Of a stretch of 64,000 nucleotides of DNA, positions 50,505 to 61,820 are shown in pieces. A program made the position numbers and the translations under genes. The stretch lies in the NCBI GenBank assembly GCA_004431415.1, contig QPMI01000622.1:75417-139416 (forward strand), read 5' to 3'. This stretch comes from Cyanophora paradoxa CCMP329 (taxonomy: Eukaryota > Plantae > Glaucophyta). Positions within the stretch are counted from its first letter, which is position 1, and each line of letters begins with the position of its first letter. A model generated the notes under the pieces. The model ran no database searches and was not told the DNA's origin. It worked only from the letters and a program-made list of their open reading frames with translations.

Positions 50505-50846
50505 TCACGGGCGCCGGTACTCCATCGAGTCGCCGCGCCAGTACTTGTTGCCGGAGGCGAGCAGCTTCATCGGCTCGCCCGTCGAGTCGTGCGTCCAGGC
50601 CTCGCCCGTCCAGACGGCCGTGCCGCCGTCCTCTAGCTTGAGGCGGTGGCCCGCCTCGAGCCGATCGCCGTTGAGCATGCGGCCGGCCATGAGCGCCAGG
50701 TCCCACTCGGTGAGGCCGCGCTGCTCTTCGGGGGTGAGGCCGCGCTCGACGCGCTCGGGCTGGCGCGCCTCGCGCTCCATGCGGCTGAGGCCCACCAGGA
50801 AGAAGATCGGCAGCGCAAAGGCCATGAGATCTAGCAGGGCCTCCAT
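50505..50846 (-). CDS. Viral hypothetical protein with an N-terminal hydrophobic segment
   Basis: ATG-started ORF with protein-like composition, preceded by the TTTTCTAA motif. Confidence 0.5.
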   Translation of the reverse strand: MEALLDLMAFALPIFFLVGLSRMEREARQPERVERGLTPEEQRGLTEWDLALMAGRMLNGDRLEAGHRLKLEDGGTAVWTGEAWTHDSTGEPMKLLASGNKYWRGDSMEYRRP

Positions 50847-51208
50847 TGGGCAAGACTTAGAAAAGGTTCCGGCCAGGCCCGAGAGCTGCGGGCCCAGGCG
50901 CCGGCGGCGTAGTAGAGCGCGGCGGCCGCGGCGGCCAGGATCAGAAGGCGCGGCGGGCCGCGCGCGGCTCCTCCAGGGTCAAGTCCACGGTCTCTGGCTC
51001 GCGGGCCGGCGTCGCCAGGATCTCGGGCTCGGAGCTAAGGGACTTGGGCCCGCGGCGGCGGCGCTGCTTGGGGCGGAGGCGGCGGCGGCGGCGGAGAGAA
51101 GGTCCTCGGCTCCTGCTTGATACCTGCGCAGTCAGTAAAGTCCATGCTTGCTGGGTACCTCGGAAAATTGTGGGAGGTGCCCGGCGGCTGCGAACGTAGG
51201 ATGGGGGA

Positions 51209-52633
51209 GAAGTGACGCGGACGCGAATACGTCATAGTCGAATACGTCATAGTCCAAACCTGGACTCGGGACTCGGCCCGGGCCCTGGGAGGGGGGTACA
51301 TGTTATGTCCAAATGTCCAAATGTCCAAATGTCCAAATGTCCAATTGAAAGGTTGCGGAGGTTGCGGACGCGTCACAAATACGTCATAGTCGAATACGTC
51401 ATAGTCCAAAACCTGGACTTGGGACCTGGGCCCAGACTCTCGCCAAGTTTCAAATAATAATACTGTACCCCTGTTATCTGCAAGCTTATCTTATCGTTAT
51501 CGTGTCACCTATCCTATCCGATCCTATCGCTATCCTTTCGCGATCGCTTGACTACACTATTGCATTCATTGCTTTTGAATGTAGTTAATGTCATAGCAAC
51601 TTGAACATGATGTCATGATGATTTCAAGTTAAATACCGGGTACGGTGTTTTGTTCAAGTCTCTTTTTTTACCGGCAGGGCCGGGCCGAGTCCCGAGTCCA
51701 GGTTTGGACTATGACGTATTCGACTATGACGTATTTGTGACGCGTCCGCAACCTCCGCAACCTTTCAGTTAATTAATTAAGCACTGGGCTAGCGCTAGGC
51801 TAGCTAGATATCGATACCAGCTAGCTAGCTCAGCTCTACCTGCCCAAGTTGATGGTATCTAGCAGCGCCTGCTCCTCTAAGTCTGCACCGCCTCCTCCTA
51901 GCGCTAGCGCTAGCTCGATACCGCCTCCAGACTTGATCTCCCTTGGCTTCAGCCACCGAAGGGGCTCAGGCCACCTCCTCCTGGTGAAGCCGGTATCGTT
52001 GCGCTTGTCCAGCTTGAGGTAGCGGTAGGGCGCCGGCGCCGGCCAGTCGGCCTGTGGCTGCTGGCCTCCTTGGCTATGTCCTTGGGCCTACGCGGAAGCA
52101 GGTCGGCCTTGGCCTTGGCCTTCTGCAGAGGGCCCAGCGCCTTGAACTTCGGTGCCTTCGTCGCCGGCAGGGCCTTCGGCTGAGGCTTCGGTGCCTTCTG
52201 CGCCTTCGTCTTCGGCTGCGGCTGCGGCTTTAGCTGCTTCGATTTCGGCATACTTCTTGCTCATAAATGAGAAAAGCGCCTCGAAGTCGGCTTTTATCTC
52301 CTCCTTGGTCCAGGATGTCATCTGAGTCGGGTCACCTGAGAACGGCGCATCGAACGCCACGTGGAGCGATTTGCAGGCCTGAGCTATCATTGGCTCCGGC
52401 CAGGCCAGCTCGATCAGCTGAAGGTAGATACTGAGGGCCTTGTCGAGCTTGGCGCCCTGGGAGACTAGCTGGGAGATGGCGGGCTCCATGGTACTGATTA
52501 AGCAGCTAGCCGGGTTCAGAAAATGGCGCCAAGTCCGAGCTTATTTTTTACCGGCGGGCCTGGGCCGAGTCCCGAGTCCAGGTTTTGGACTATGACGTAT
52601 TCGACTATGACGTATTCGCGTCCGCGTCACTTC
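51209..52633. repeat. Nested inverted repeats (outer 51209-51285/52556-52633, inner 51346-51433/~51680-51767) around an AT-rich core; candidate origin or fused termini
   Basis: Four copies of a module containing two AATACGTCATAGTC repeats followed by CAAA(A)CCTGGACT.GGGAC, two on each strand. Confidence 0.88.
52088..52489 (-). CDS. Viral hypothetical protein with an acidic/Ala-rich tail
   Basis: ATG-started ORF with protein-like composition, preceded by the ATTTTCTGA motif. Confidence 0.55.
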   Translation of the reverse strand: MEPAISQLVSQGAKLDKALSIYLQLIELAWPEPMIAQACKSLHVAFDAPFSGDPTQMTSWTKEEIKADFEALFSFMSKKYAEIEAAKAAAAAEDEGAEGTEASAEGPAGDEGTEVQGAGPSAEGQGQGRPASA

Positions 52634-52738
52634 CCCCCCCTCTTCAGGTGAGCGCTCACCTGACCCTCACCTGAACGGCCTCAAAACCGCAGCCGCGCCG
52701 CGCCCTCGCTCACACTTCACAGCCAAGAGAAATCAAGA

Positions 52739-52986
52739 ATGTGCGCCCCAAGTACGAGACCTGCTGCCTGACCTTCGGCATCTTCGAGTACGAGGCCATG
52801 GACGAGGATCTCGACGAGAACGGCGAGATCTGCTTCAACTACTGCAGGCTGCTGCGCAACATCTCGCTGGAGTGCCGCAAGGGCGACTGCTTCCAGCACA
52901 TCATGCTCAATCCCGCCAAGAACGAGATCACCCTGTACGCCGTCGCCAGCCCAGCGCCAGATTTAGACTCTCGAATATTCGCGTAG
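52739..52986 (+). CDS. Small Cys-rich viral hypothetical protein (frameshift near the start)
   Basis: Strong codon bias; YETCCLTFGIFEYE..CFNYCRLLRNI. Confidence 0.5.
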
Positions 52987-53139
52987 CCGTGATTGAGGCT
53001 CTCCCCTCCCAGTGAGACGAATTGAACACGTGTTTTACCTGAATCACCTGAGCGCTCACCCGAGGTCAGCCTGAAGTCAGGTGGGGCGGCCTTAAATATT
53101 TTCTAGCGCTAGGCTGATCGCACACTAAGCTCAGACAAC

Positions 53140-53920
53140 ATGGCCACCGTCCGCAACGCCACCGAGATCGACCCCGCCAAGCTCGCCTTCGAAATCGATG
53201 CCAACGGCCGCATCAAGGCCAAGTACGACGGCCTGCAGGGCCTCATGATGTACGCGCCGCCCATGGTCACGATCAACCCGTGCATCAACACCGAGCAAGG
53301 CAAGGCGTGGAGCGACGAGAAGAAGGCCTTCGTCATGGAAGAAAACGGCGGATTTTACACGCTGGACCTCACCGATCTCAGCGCCGTCGACGGCCAGACG
53401 AACCCAGCCGCGGACGAGTTCCTCAAGCTGCTGGAGGCCCTGGACGCGAAATTCTGCGAGTTCGTGCAGCAGAACCAGGCCAAGCTCAAGGTCTCGCCCG
53501 GCGCGCCCTCTCCAAGGATCAGATCTCGGTGCTGCAGACGCCCAGCGTGCGCATCAAGGTCGACAAGGAGTCGGGCCAGGCCTTCTACAAGTACCTCAAC
53601 ATGCGCATCCGCACGCAGACGATGGCGGGCAAGCGCAAGACGATCCCAGTCGTCGACATGTCCAACTACCTCATCACCGAGCGCGCCACCATCGGCACCG
53701 GAGACCTGGTGGCGGCCCTCGTTAAAATCGACACCGCCTACGCCATCCCGAGGGCAAGTTCGGCCTCAAGTGGTCCTTCCTCGCCGTGCAGCAGTGCAAG
53801 GTCGGCGCCTTTCGCTTCGCCGGCCGCACGCCCGAGCTGGCCTTCAAGCCCTACGACAACGAGGCCGATTTCGAGCCCTACCTAAACCCCGAGTCTATGT
53901 ACACCACCCCCATGCAGTAG
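53140..53920 (+). CDS. Viral single-stranded DNA-binding protein (OB-fold, NCLDV/T7 gp2.5-like), two frameshifts
   Basis: IDPAKLAF, MMYAPPMVT, YTLDL, EFLKLLEALDAKFCEFV, GDLVAALVKIDTAY and GKFGLKWSFLAVQ, with an acidic/aromatic tail. Confidence 0.65.
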
Positions 53921-53973
53921 TTTAGACGAATAAATTGTAATTCTCTGGTGCAATTGATTACAAGCGTTTACAA

Positions 53974-54773
53974 TCAGAGGCCGTTGAACTTGCCGCCCAC
54001 CGCCCTGGGCTCCGCCGCCGTCGAGGCCGCCGCCTCCGTCACCTCCTTCATCATCTCCGGGTTCGCGTTGGCCGCGTGCACCGCCAGCACCGTCTGCACC
54101 AGGGCCATCCCCAGGCGCGCCTCGGGCCCCAGGGTCACGTAGCGCGAGTACTTAATCACCAGCTCCTCTAAGATCGGCTGCACCTGGTCCATGAAGAGAG
54201 CGTCGCCTGCCCGAGCCCGTCTAACTTCAGGCCGATCGGATCGTACGCTTTGTTAAGGTGCTCCAGCGAGTGCATGCCCGCGATCAGAAAGAGGCGCGCC
54301 GCCTCCAGCGAACCCCGCGTGCTCAGCTCGCGCTGAATTTCCTCGTACTCTTCCTTCAGCTCGTCCAGCGGCGTGGCGAGGCTCAGCTTCTTCGTGGACG
54401 TCAGCTCGCCCCCGAACGAGCGCCTGTACTGCGCGATCTGCCGCAGAACCTGCTTCTTCTCGTCCACGTCCACCTGCGCCTCGTCGCGCGGCCTCTCCTG
54501 CAGGTCGATCCCAGCGCCTTTTTCACGCTCTGCTCCTTCTTCTTCGTCATTTCGATGTGCTCCTGCACGCTGAAGCTCGCGCCCTTGCTCGGCGCCGTCG
54601 GCGGCACCGTGGGCCCGTCGCCCGGTAGCGACGTCTTGTCGGCCTTCGGCGCCTTCTCGCCCTTTTCCTTGCCTTCCTTCGCGGGCGGCCCTTCTTCCGA
54701 GGCTGCGGGATCCCACCGGGTTCGGCCCGTCCACGGCCAGCGCGTCGAAGCCCAGCATCGCCGAGGGGTCCAT
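53974..54773 (-). CDS. Conserved NCLDV protein (DUF5767-like), frameshifted
   Basis: LDELKEEYEEI..LEHLNKAYDPIGLKLDG..ILEELVIKY..GPEARLGMAL..AVHAAN matches the recalled pattern of this family. Confidence 0.62.
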
Positions 54774-54806
54774 GGTTACGCTTGCCCCTTAGAAATTTCT
54801 CGATTT

Positions 54807-55136
54807 TTACTCCGACGTCAGCTCGACGAAGAGCTCGATGTAAAGCCACAGTTTCTCGCGCAGCTCGGGCCCGCTCCCGTAGAAGAGCGAGCGCACGGCC
54901 GAGGCGTACTCCTGCGGCAGCTTCTCGAAAACTCCGTCGTCCCGCGCCTTAATTAATTCGGCCTCCGCGTTGATGTGCCTCCTAAAGAGAACGATGACCG
55001 CCGTGGCGCCTATGCCGCGCAGCGACTGGATCTGCGCCCGCACCCCCGGCTCCTTGGCCTCCGGCTCCAGCAGGTCGAGGAAGCGGCCCCAGCGCGCCTC
55101 GATCTGCTCGCCCAGCGTCGCCTCCGTCGCTGCCAT
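54807..55136 (-). CDS. Small NCLDV-type conserved helical protein
   Basis: LIKARDDGVF..REKLWLYIELFVELT pattern; intact ORF preceded by the promoter-like motif. Confidence 0.55.
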   Translation of the reverse strand: MAATEATLGEQIEARWGRFLDLLEPEAKEPGVRAQIQSLRGIGATAVIVLFRRHINAEAELIKARDDGVFEKLPQEYASAVRSLFYGSGPELREKLWLYIELFVELTSE

Positions 55137-55299
55137 GTCGCTAAGGGGGCTTTAGAAATTAGCGGCCAGGGATGCCGCGCCTTTTGGTACATTTCCGCCA
55201 TGCGTGCGTTGGTTTCCCGTCGGATGTTCTTCTGTCTGTCCTGAGTCTCCACGACCATGGCTTGGAATGCCTTTTGGATGTCGAACTGATCGTCGGTTT

Positions 55300-56246
55300 C
55301 CATCCTGCGACAGTACCTCCTGTCGCACCTGGTTGAGAGCTTCGCGCTGATCCGAGTTGTAAAGTCTTTCCCTACGCGATTGTTGGGGTTCACCACCCTC
55401 GGCAGCAGATTCTGGTCCGCATACGGCCATGCCGTCGGCAGCGCAGGGCCCCGCGTGCCTTGCTGGTCCATGAGCATTGCTCCGAAGGGATTGCCCTTGC
55501 TGAAGTCGACGTCGTTCCGTCCGTACGGCCTGTTGTGCTCGCTGCTGATGTTCGCCGTCTGCGCGTTGAACATGGGCGAGAGGTCGGGCGTGTAGCCGGC
55601 GCGGAAGCCGCCTTGCCGGCAGCATCGACGGGCCGTAGCGCCGGCGGGCCCCAGCAGGTTCTCCTTCTCGATTTCTTCCATCGTCTTGATCCAGCCGCGC
55701 TCGCGTGCCCACTTCATGACGAGATCGTCGTAGTTCATCGGGAAGAAAACCTTCTGGTACTTATCGAAACGCTGAATTTCGATATCCTGCTCGATCATGT
55801 TCGTAATTCGCTCGAGCAGCTCGGGGTAATATTCCTCGAGCATTTTAGCCACGCCGGGCTGCTTCAGGTCGAAGGCCGTCATGGCCCACTGGTCGAAATC
55901 GCGAATCATGATTTCCTTCCGCAGCGCGAACGCATTCTCGACGTCCTCTTCGTTGATCTGGCGGTTGGGATAGGCATTCTGCAGCTGCTGCCGAATGCCC
56001 ATCCGCATCAGCTTCTCCATCTGCGGGGTGTACTTCATCGCGGGCAGGGTCTTCGTGGAAGGCCGTCAACCCGAGGCCCCGCGCCTGATCCTCCGGCGTG
56101 TAGATGTCCGCCTTGCCCGGATCTGTGACGTGCACCTCGGTAGGATCGTGCCGGGCGCATACTTCTCAATGATGCCGTCACCTCGCCTTCAGGTCGTTCT
56201 TCAGCGACTGGCGCTGCTTCTTAGAGCCCTCCCCGATGTCCATCAT
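55300..56246 (-). CDS. Viral hypothetical protein downstream of the MCP (possible virion protein); boundaries approximate, frameshifted
   Basis: DFDQWAMTAFDLKQPGVAKMLEEYYPELLER..DLVMKWARERGWI; protein-like composition. Confidence 0.5.
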
Positions 56247-56354
56247 GGAATGGCCCTTCGTCATCGTGCCTCGGTTAGGATCCCAGTGGGAAAATTTATT
56301 GGTTCACATCGGCGACCGAGGCTCGCCCCTCTCACACTCTGGCTAGCTGGCAAT

Positions 56355-57789
56355 CTAATGGAAGCGGCGGTAGGCGCCGCCGTTGATGAAGCTGATCTCG
56401 TTGTAGTAGCGGCAGTAGATATCGGCGATCGGCGTCGTCAGCGTCCCGCCGTGGTGAGCGTGAGCTCGATCGTCTTGAAGGCGCCGAAGTCGAGGCCGCC
56501 GAACATCTTCGTGTCGTCTGCCACCTCGGTGCCGAAGGGAATAGCGTAGATGAATTCGGTGCCGTACTGAGCGGAGGCGGCGGTTGCCGCGCCGTTCTGC
56601 ACCGCTGGCATGATGTCGCTGTTGTTGTAATCCTGGGTGTCAAGGGTGGTGATGGCGGTGTCGTTGCCCGACCACGGGTGCGGGTGAAGGGCATTGCGCA
56701 GCGCATTAATGATGGAAACCTCGTTGTACCGTACGTCGTATCGGCCGCCTCCGCCAGGGCCTTTGCGCCGTTGGCGTCGGTGTTGTCGGCGAAGCCCTGC
56801 AGCAGCTCGAGGTACTTGCGCGTGGGCACGTTGCGGTGCTCGCGGTTCGCGATGGCGGTGCGCAGGAAATGCGCGTCGTGAATAGAGCTGTCGAGCGCCT
56901 TGATGTTATCGCACTTGAGGTCGATTTTGCTCAAGGGCGGAACTTCCAGAAGTTGTACCCTGGTCCGTCGCGGCGCCGTCGCGTACGACAATTACCATCT
57001 CGTAGCAGACGCCAGTGAACGGCAGGCGGAAGCTCGTGCCGCTCGTGAACTTTACGTTGTACGACTGCATGTACTTGCCAGCCCACGTGACGCTGTTGGG
57101 TGGAGGCTGAGCTCGTACGGGCTCACGTGGGTGTAGCGCAGCACGAGCTTCGAATCGAGGTCGGTGGTCGCCGTCAGGCACTGTCGGTGTGGATTCCGGT
57201 GGTGACCCAGGTGGCCGTAACATCCTTGTGGCTCGCGTACGTGATCTGAATCTTGAGGTCGTTGCCCGAGCCGCGGAGCTTATAGAGGGGCACGGCGAAC
57301 TTGCGACCGTAACCGGTGAGAACGCGGAGCGGGATGTGAAGCACCTGCGCCCGCTGGGAGCGGCGCAGCAGAACCTGTGTCGCCCAGCACTCGTTGATCA
57401 GTTGACCGTGTGCGGAACGGAACGATCCTGCTCGAGCTCGTCGTAGATGGCATCGTAGGCGCCCTCGTACTCGTGGACGAGCTGCGTGCCCACGAAACCT
57501 TCACCTTCTTCAGCAGGATGAGGCCGGCCTTCGGGAGGTAAATCTTCCGGAGGCCACCGCAGGCAGCTTAACCTTGAGCCAATATCGTTGATGAGGGGCG
57601 CCGAGTGCGGGATGATGAAATCGAGGGTCTGACCGAAGCTGATGCCGCTCTGGACGGGGCTGACCTCCAGCACCTCGTCCACGAAGGGCGTCGCGGTGTC
57701 GAAGGAGTCGTTCACGTGCACGGACGAGTTCGAGCTCAGGAGCGACTGCGCGAGGGCGGTGGTGGGGCGGAGATGAGCGCGGAAGCCAT
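56355..57789 (-). pseudogene. Double jelly-roll major capsid protein, NCLDV-type, several frameshifts
   Basis: TPFVDEVLEV..ISFGQTLDFIIPHSAPLINDIWLKVKLP, GLILLKKVKVSWGTQLV, FAVPLYKL..LKIQITY, and C-terminus IYAIPF..GGLDFGAFKTIELTL..IYCRYYNEISFINGGAYRRFH*. Confidence 0.85.
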
Positions 57790-57809
57790 GGTTTAGGGTG
57801 CGTTGAGAA

Positions 57810-60275
57810 AATTTTACGAGGCACCGCCAGCCCGTTTCACTTGCTCGGCAACCTTGTACAGGCTACGCGCGTCGAAGTCACCCCTCATGAACTTTCGAAT
57901 TGCAATTTCGGGAACGGCCTCGATTATGTCGTTCGCAAGTCCAGCAGCATCTTTGCTTTTATCACGAACCTCTTCTTCAATTCCGTCTTTTGGAACTCTT
58001 CCAGATTGTCGGCTCGCTGAACCTTCGCCACGAGCTCGTCGAACACGACTCTCACCTTTGCCGCTTTGAGGTCCTCCTCCATTTGGATGGCTTCACGTTC
58101 GCAGTCTCGGGTGCATCTTCCATTTCGATTTCGTTCGCGATGCTTGCCTCGAGTGCCTGCACAGCCTCATTCACAGCCTCTTCTTCCATCGCAACTGGCG
58201 GGCCCACCGCCGCCTCCAGTTCCTGGCGATGGTCTTCCCTTACGACGGCGCGGTACTGCTCCGCAGTGCCGCTGCGCCGCTTTGCGAGCACTTCTTCGCG
58301 GCCCTGTCCCAACCGTTCGCTGGCTATGTCCGTGCGCCTGTTGTAACCCTGCAGAAGCATGGATGCCGCGGTGCCCTGCTTCGAACCCCCCTTGCGTTTC
58401 TCTTTGGGGTCGATGAGGTTCTCGATGGGTGCGCGCGGTGACGAGGGCCGCTGACCGGGATCGAAGAGCTGGGGTACAGCCACCGCCGGGGGGAGGGCAG
58501 CCCCGGCACTGGCAAAAGTTTGCGCGACGGCGTTGGCCGCAGCCGTGGCCGCCGCCTCGGCCGCTACCACCTCTGGCGGGCGCGAGGGCCCGCCTGCGGC
58601 TCGGGCGGGGGCGGGGCGGGGGCTGCTGCTCCGCGGGGGCGCGGATGGCCTGGCCACCGTCGCCGGGGGCTGGGAAGGGCCGGGCTGGGGCGCCAGTGGG
58701 GCGTCTGCGGCGGCCTCGGTGGCGCGTCGCTGGGCCTCCCCCCTCCATCGCCCATATCTACATCGCCGTCTCCGTTGCCAGGGGCGGCCTTGGCCTGCGG
58801 GGCGCGAAAGGCCACGCTCGCTTCTTGTACGGCAGCTCTGCCTGGATGAGCGCTTCCTTGGCGCCATTCCGTTAAGGGCCTGAGCGCCGCGCTCATCGAC
58901 GGCATCATTGTCGCGTTGCGTAGTCGTGCACGCTGGTCCCTCTCCTTCTCTAAAATTCCGCTGAGCCGCGAGAGGTTCTTGGTCAGGCGTCGGATCTCTG
59001 CACGTTCATCGCGCTGGCGACTCTCGTTGGGCCGGGCCTTCATCGTCTTCGTCCGGCGGATCGGCCTGGGCAAAGGGTTGTAGGTGTTCTTCTCCGAATA
59101 ATCGGGCGGCTTGCCATCGGGAATGCTGCGTGTGCGTAAATGCTAGTGGTTTGAACTCTTCGCCATTGATGATGTACTTGTAATAATAGTAGGCATCATC
59201 GAGGTTCATCGGGCCGAGCGTCTCAAGGCGCTTCTTGCGCTTCAAGAATTCCGTGACTTGGTCTTCCTTCGACATGCAAATTCACGTACGCCCGGAGAAC
59301 AGTTAGATTCTTACCGTCCACGTCGCAGGCGCCGGCCCCAGCGCTTTCGTTCCAGACGTGAAGGCAGATTGGCCCATGAGCCAAGCGCGGAAGCCCTCCT
59401 CGTACTCTCCGTCGATTTCTGTTCCATGTCTTTGAACTTGTTGATGTAGTACGCATTTGCAATTGCCTGCGCCTCTACCTCTGCAAGTTATCGACTTTTT
59501 GCCTATCCTCGATGCGACGCACGTCGTCGGACCGGTGCAAGGCCGTCTTGCCATCTGCTGGAAGCGCGCGTACTTCTCGCTCTCAAAGGGCGTGATGTGC
59601 GAGTCCCCGCCCCCGGGACTGCCAGCACGTTGCGGGCGCGAAACGCGAGGCGAGCCCCCTCATTTGCTCTTCTTAGGGGTGGCCTTTGAAATTTTATCGG
59701 TCTTGGCCTTGTCTTCCTTCCCGTCCTTCTTATCGCCCCCTTCTTCCCCTGCTTCGTCGGGCGCATCGCCACGAATATTTCGCCGGGCGAGACGTCCTCG
59801 TACAGCGGCTTCGGCCCTTTGGAAATTCGGGCGGGCCCTTCAGCTTCTCCTTCGCCTCCTTCACCTCCGCCTTGTCGGCTTCTCCTGTCCGTTCGTGGGC
59901 GCCTTTTTCGCGGGCTTCTTCTGCGTCTCCGGCATAGCTTAACCACCGCCAGAAAAATATGGGTTCGCACCCCGTACGTCTCGGGGAACTGCCTCTCCCA
60001 CCTGCGCATGGCCGCGTCCCTCTGGTCGTCGAGGCTACGGTAGGCCGCGGCCCTCTGGCCCATCACGATTTGCCAGAGCCGTGCACGGACCTCGTCCTGC
60101 AGTCTGTACACCCAATCGCGAATGTTCTCGACGATATCCGTCGGCAGCGTGGCCAACCCGCCTTCAGCTCAGGCACATCCGTGGGATCCTCTTCGAGCGT
60201 CAGCTTTTGCATGCGAGCGCGCAGCATCTCAATTTGCGTATCAATTGGGGCCCAGTAAGGGACAGATCGAGACAT
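57810..60275 (-). other. Cluster of about four frameshifted viral hypothetical genes
   Basis: ATG-started, protein-like segments near 58867, 59275, 59935 and 60275, some preceded by TTTTCT motifs. Confidence 0.45.
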
Positions 60276-60287
60276 CGGGGTACGGGA

Positions 60288-60551
60288 TCACTGAGAAATT
60301 ACACTGGGTCGGAAGAGGAGGTACCCCACCAGGATCCCCGCTATAATCCAGAGGGGCGACCAGTCGCGCTCCGCCGCCGCGCCCCCGTGGTGCTGCAGCA
60401 GCTGGGCGGCCCCCGGCCTGCTCAGCCCGTGCGTGCGGTGGTCCGTGTAGTGCGGGCGCGGGAACTGCTCCTGCGGCACGCGAGGCGGGTAGATGCCCTC
60501 GAAATGGTTGCGCATTTGGTACATATCCCTATCGAACAGCAGGGAGGCCAT
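60288..60551 (-). CDS. Small viral membrane protein
   Basis: C-terminal TM helix PLWIIAGILVGYLLF. Confidence 0.6.
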   Translation of the reverse strand: MASLLFDRDMYQMRNHFEGIYPPRVPQEQFPRPHYTDHRTHGLSRPGAAQLLQHHGGAAAERDWSPLWIIAGILVGYLLFRPSVISQ

Positions 60552-60554
60552 TTC

Positions 60555-61137
60555 TTAATTTGGGGAGGACTTAGAATACTGCCCGTGAGCTCCCTGTCGC
60601 GGATCCTGCGAAAGTCGCGAAGAGCCGCGCGCGCAGCGCCTGCAGACGAGGCGGGCCCGCCCGCCCACGCGCGCCACCGGATCTCGTGGCCGAACTGCAG
60701 GTGGCCCGGAAGCAGGTGGGGGGTAGTCGCAGACGAAGCAGTGGCAGGGCAGTTGCGCCGCCGAATCACTGCTGAAGAATCGCAGGCTCGCTCGCCGCCT
60801 CTTCGGCGCGCGCTGCGCTTCGGGACTTGGCTCTCGGCGGCGCCGAGTCGTCCGCGGCGCCGCGTCTTCTGCCCGGGGCGCCGCGGGGGCTTCGGACCGT
60901 AGGGGCTGCCGGTGCCTGGCTCGAGCCGCGGCCGGCCAGTGCGTGGGCCACCTGCGGGCGCTGCGGCGGGGCTGTCTCCCGGCCCCCTCCTCGAGACCCG
61001 GCGCATGAAGCGCGAGACCCGCCGCTGCATTGCGTGCAGGACCGACGGCCACCTGGCGGTTGTTCTGCTGGTACGCACCTCGACGTTGCGAGCTTGGTGT
61101 TGGAACGGCACTTGAAGCAGTAGTGGGCGTGCTCCAT
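60555..61137 (-). CDS. Zn-ribbon viral protein(s) (N-terminal YCFKCR..CxxC, second CxxC pair), frameshifted
   Basis: MEHAHYCFKCR..CTQCSG and CFVCDY..CRRC. Confidence 0.4.
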
Positions 61138-61317
61138 GCTAGCTACGGATGTAGCAGCCTTCAGAAAAAAGTGCGTAGTAGCGACGGCGCACCGGCGCAG
61201 CAGACGTAGACGCCGCCTTGAGCACCCAGCCGCGCTTGGTCTGCGGCAGGCGGCAGATTTCGCAGCAGAGGGCCTGGGCTTGCGCACGAGGATCCCATCT
61301 GGCGGCGGGCCTAGAAA

Positions 61318-61784
61318 TCACAATGGATCACAACGGATTGAGGCGGCGTAGAGGGCGATTAAGTAGCGTCGCAGAGTCGTCGAGCTTGCCGTTGCGATCC
61401 GCGATATCGGCAAGCTCGCGGGTACAAGTCGCGGCACTTGTCCACGGCGCCGCGCTTGCGCTCCTTGTAGCTCGGTTCGAATCTTGAAGAAATGCTTGAT
61501 GGCGCGCGGCTCACGATCCGCGCACGCCCGTACAGGAGGCGTGGAGCGTGCACTCGATGCAGCGATTAATTCCCGTCTCTGGCCCTCGATCGCGATCTGG
61601 TCGGGAAGGCCGAAGGCGCTATGCCGCGAGTAACCTCAACCAGGCGCGCACAAGGCGCCACAGCAGCGCGCAGACGAAGAGGCGATCTTTTGCAGTCGAG
61701 AATCTGGATTCCTTGTCTGCGGATCGAATTCGATGAGCACCAAGCGAAATTAATGACCCCCACATCCACGCCGAGAATCTTCAT
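61318..61784 (-). pseudogene. Holliday junction resolvase, poxvirus A22/RuvC-like, frameshifted
   Basis: MKILGVDVGVINFAWC (Asp1), QIAIEGQ (Glu), YKERKRGAV, KLDD. Confidence 0.8.
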
Positions 61785-61820
61785 TCGAGGTCACAAGAAA
61801 ATCTGAATGAGGGGTTAAAC

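Noticed and set aside
4470-51470. Recurrent GGGGTAC/GTACCCC as a TAM or insertion target
   Set aside because: A rough expectation for a GC-rich 7-mer in 64 kb is similar to the number noticed; no clear enrichment outside the repeat blocks.
60555-61321. VLTF2 assignment for the Zn-finger ORFs
   Set aside because: The characteristic FCS..C motif was not found; left as generic Zn-ribbon proteins.
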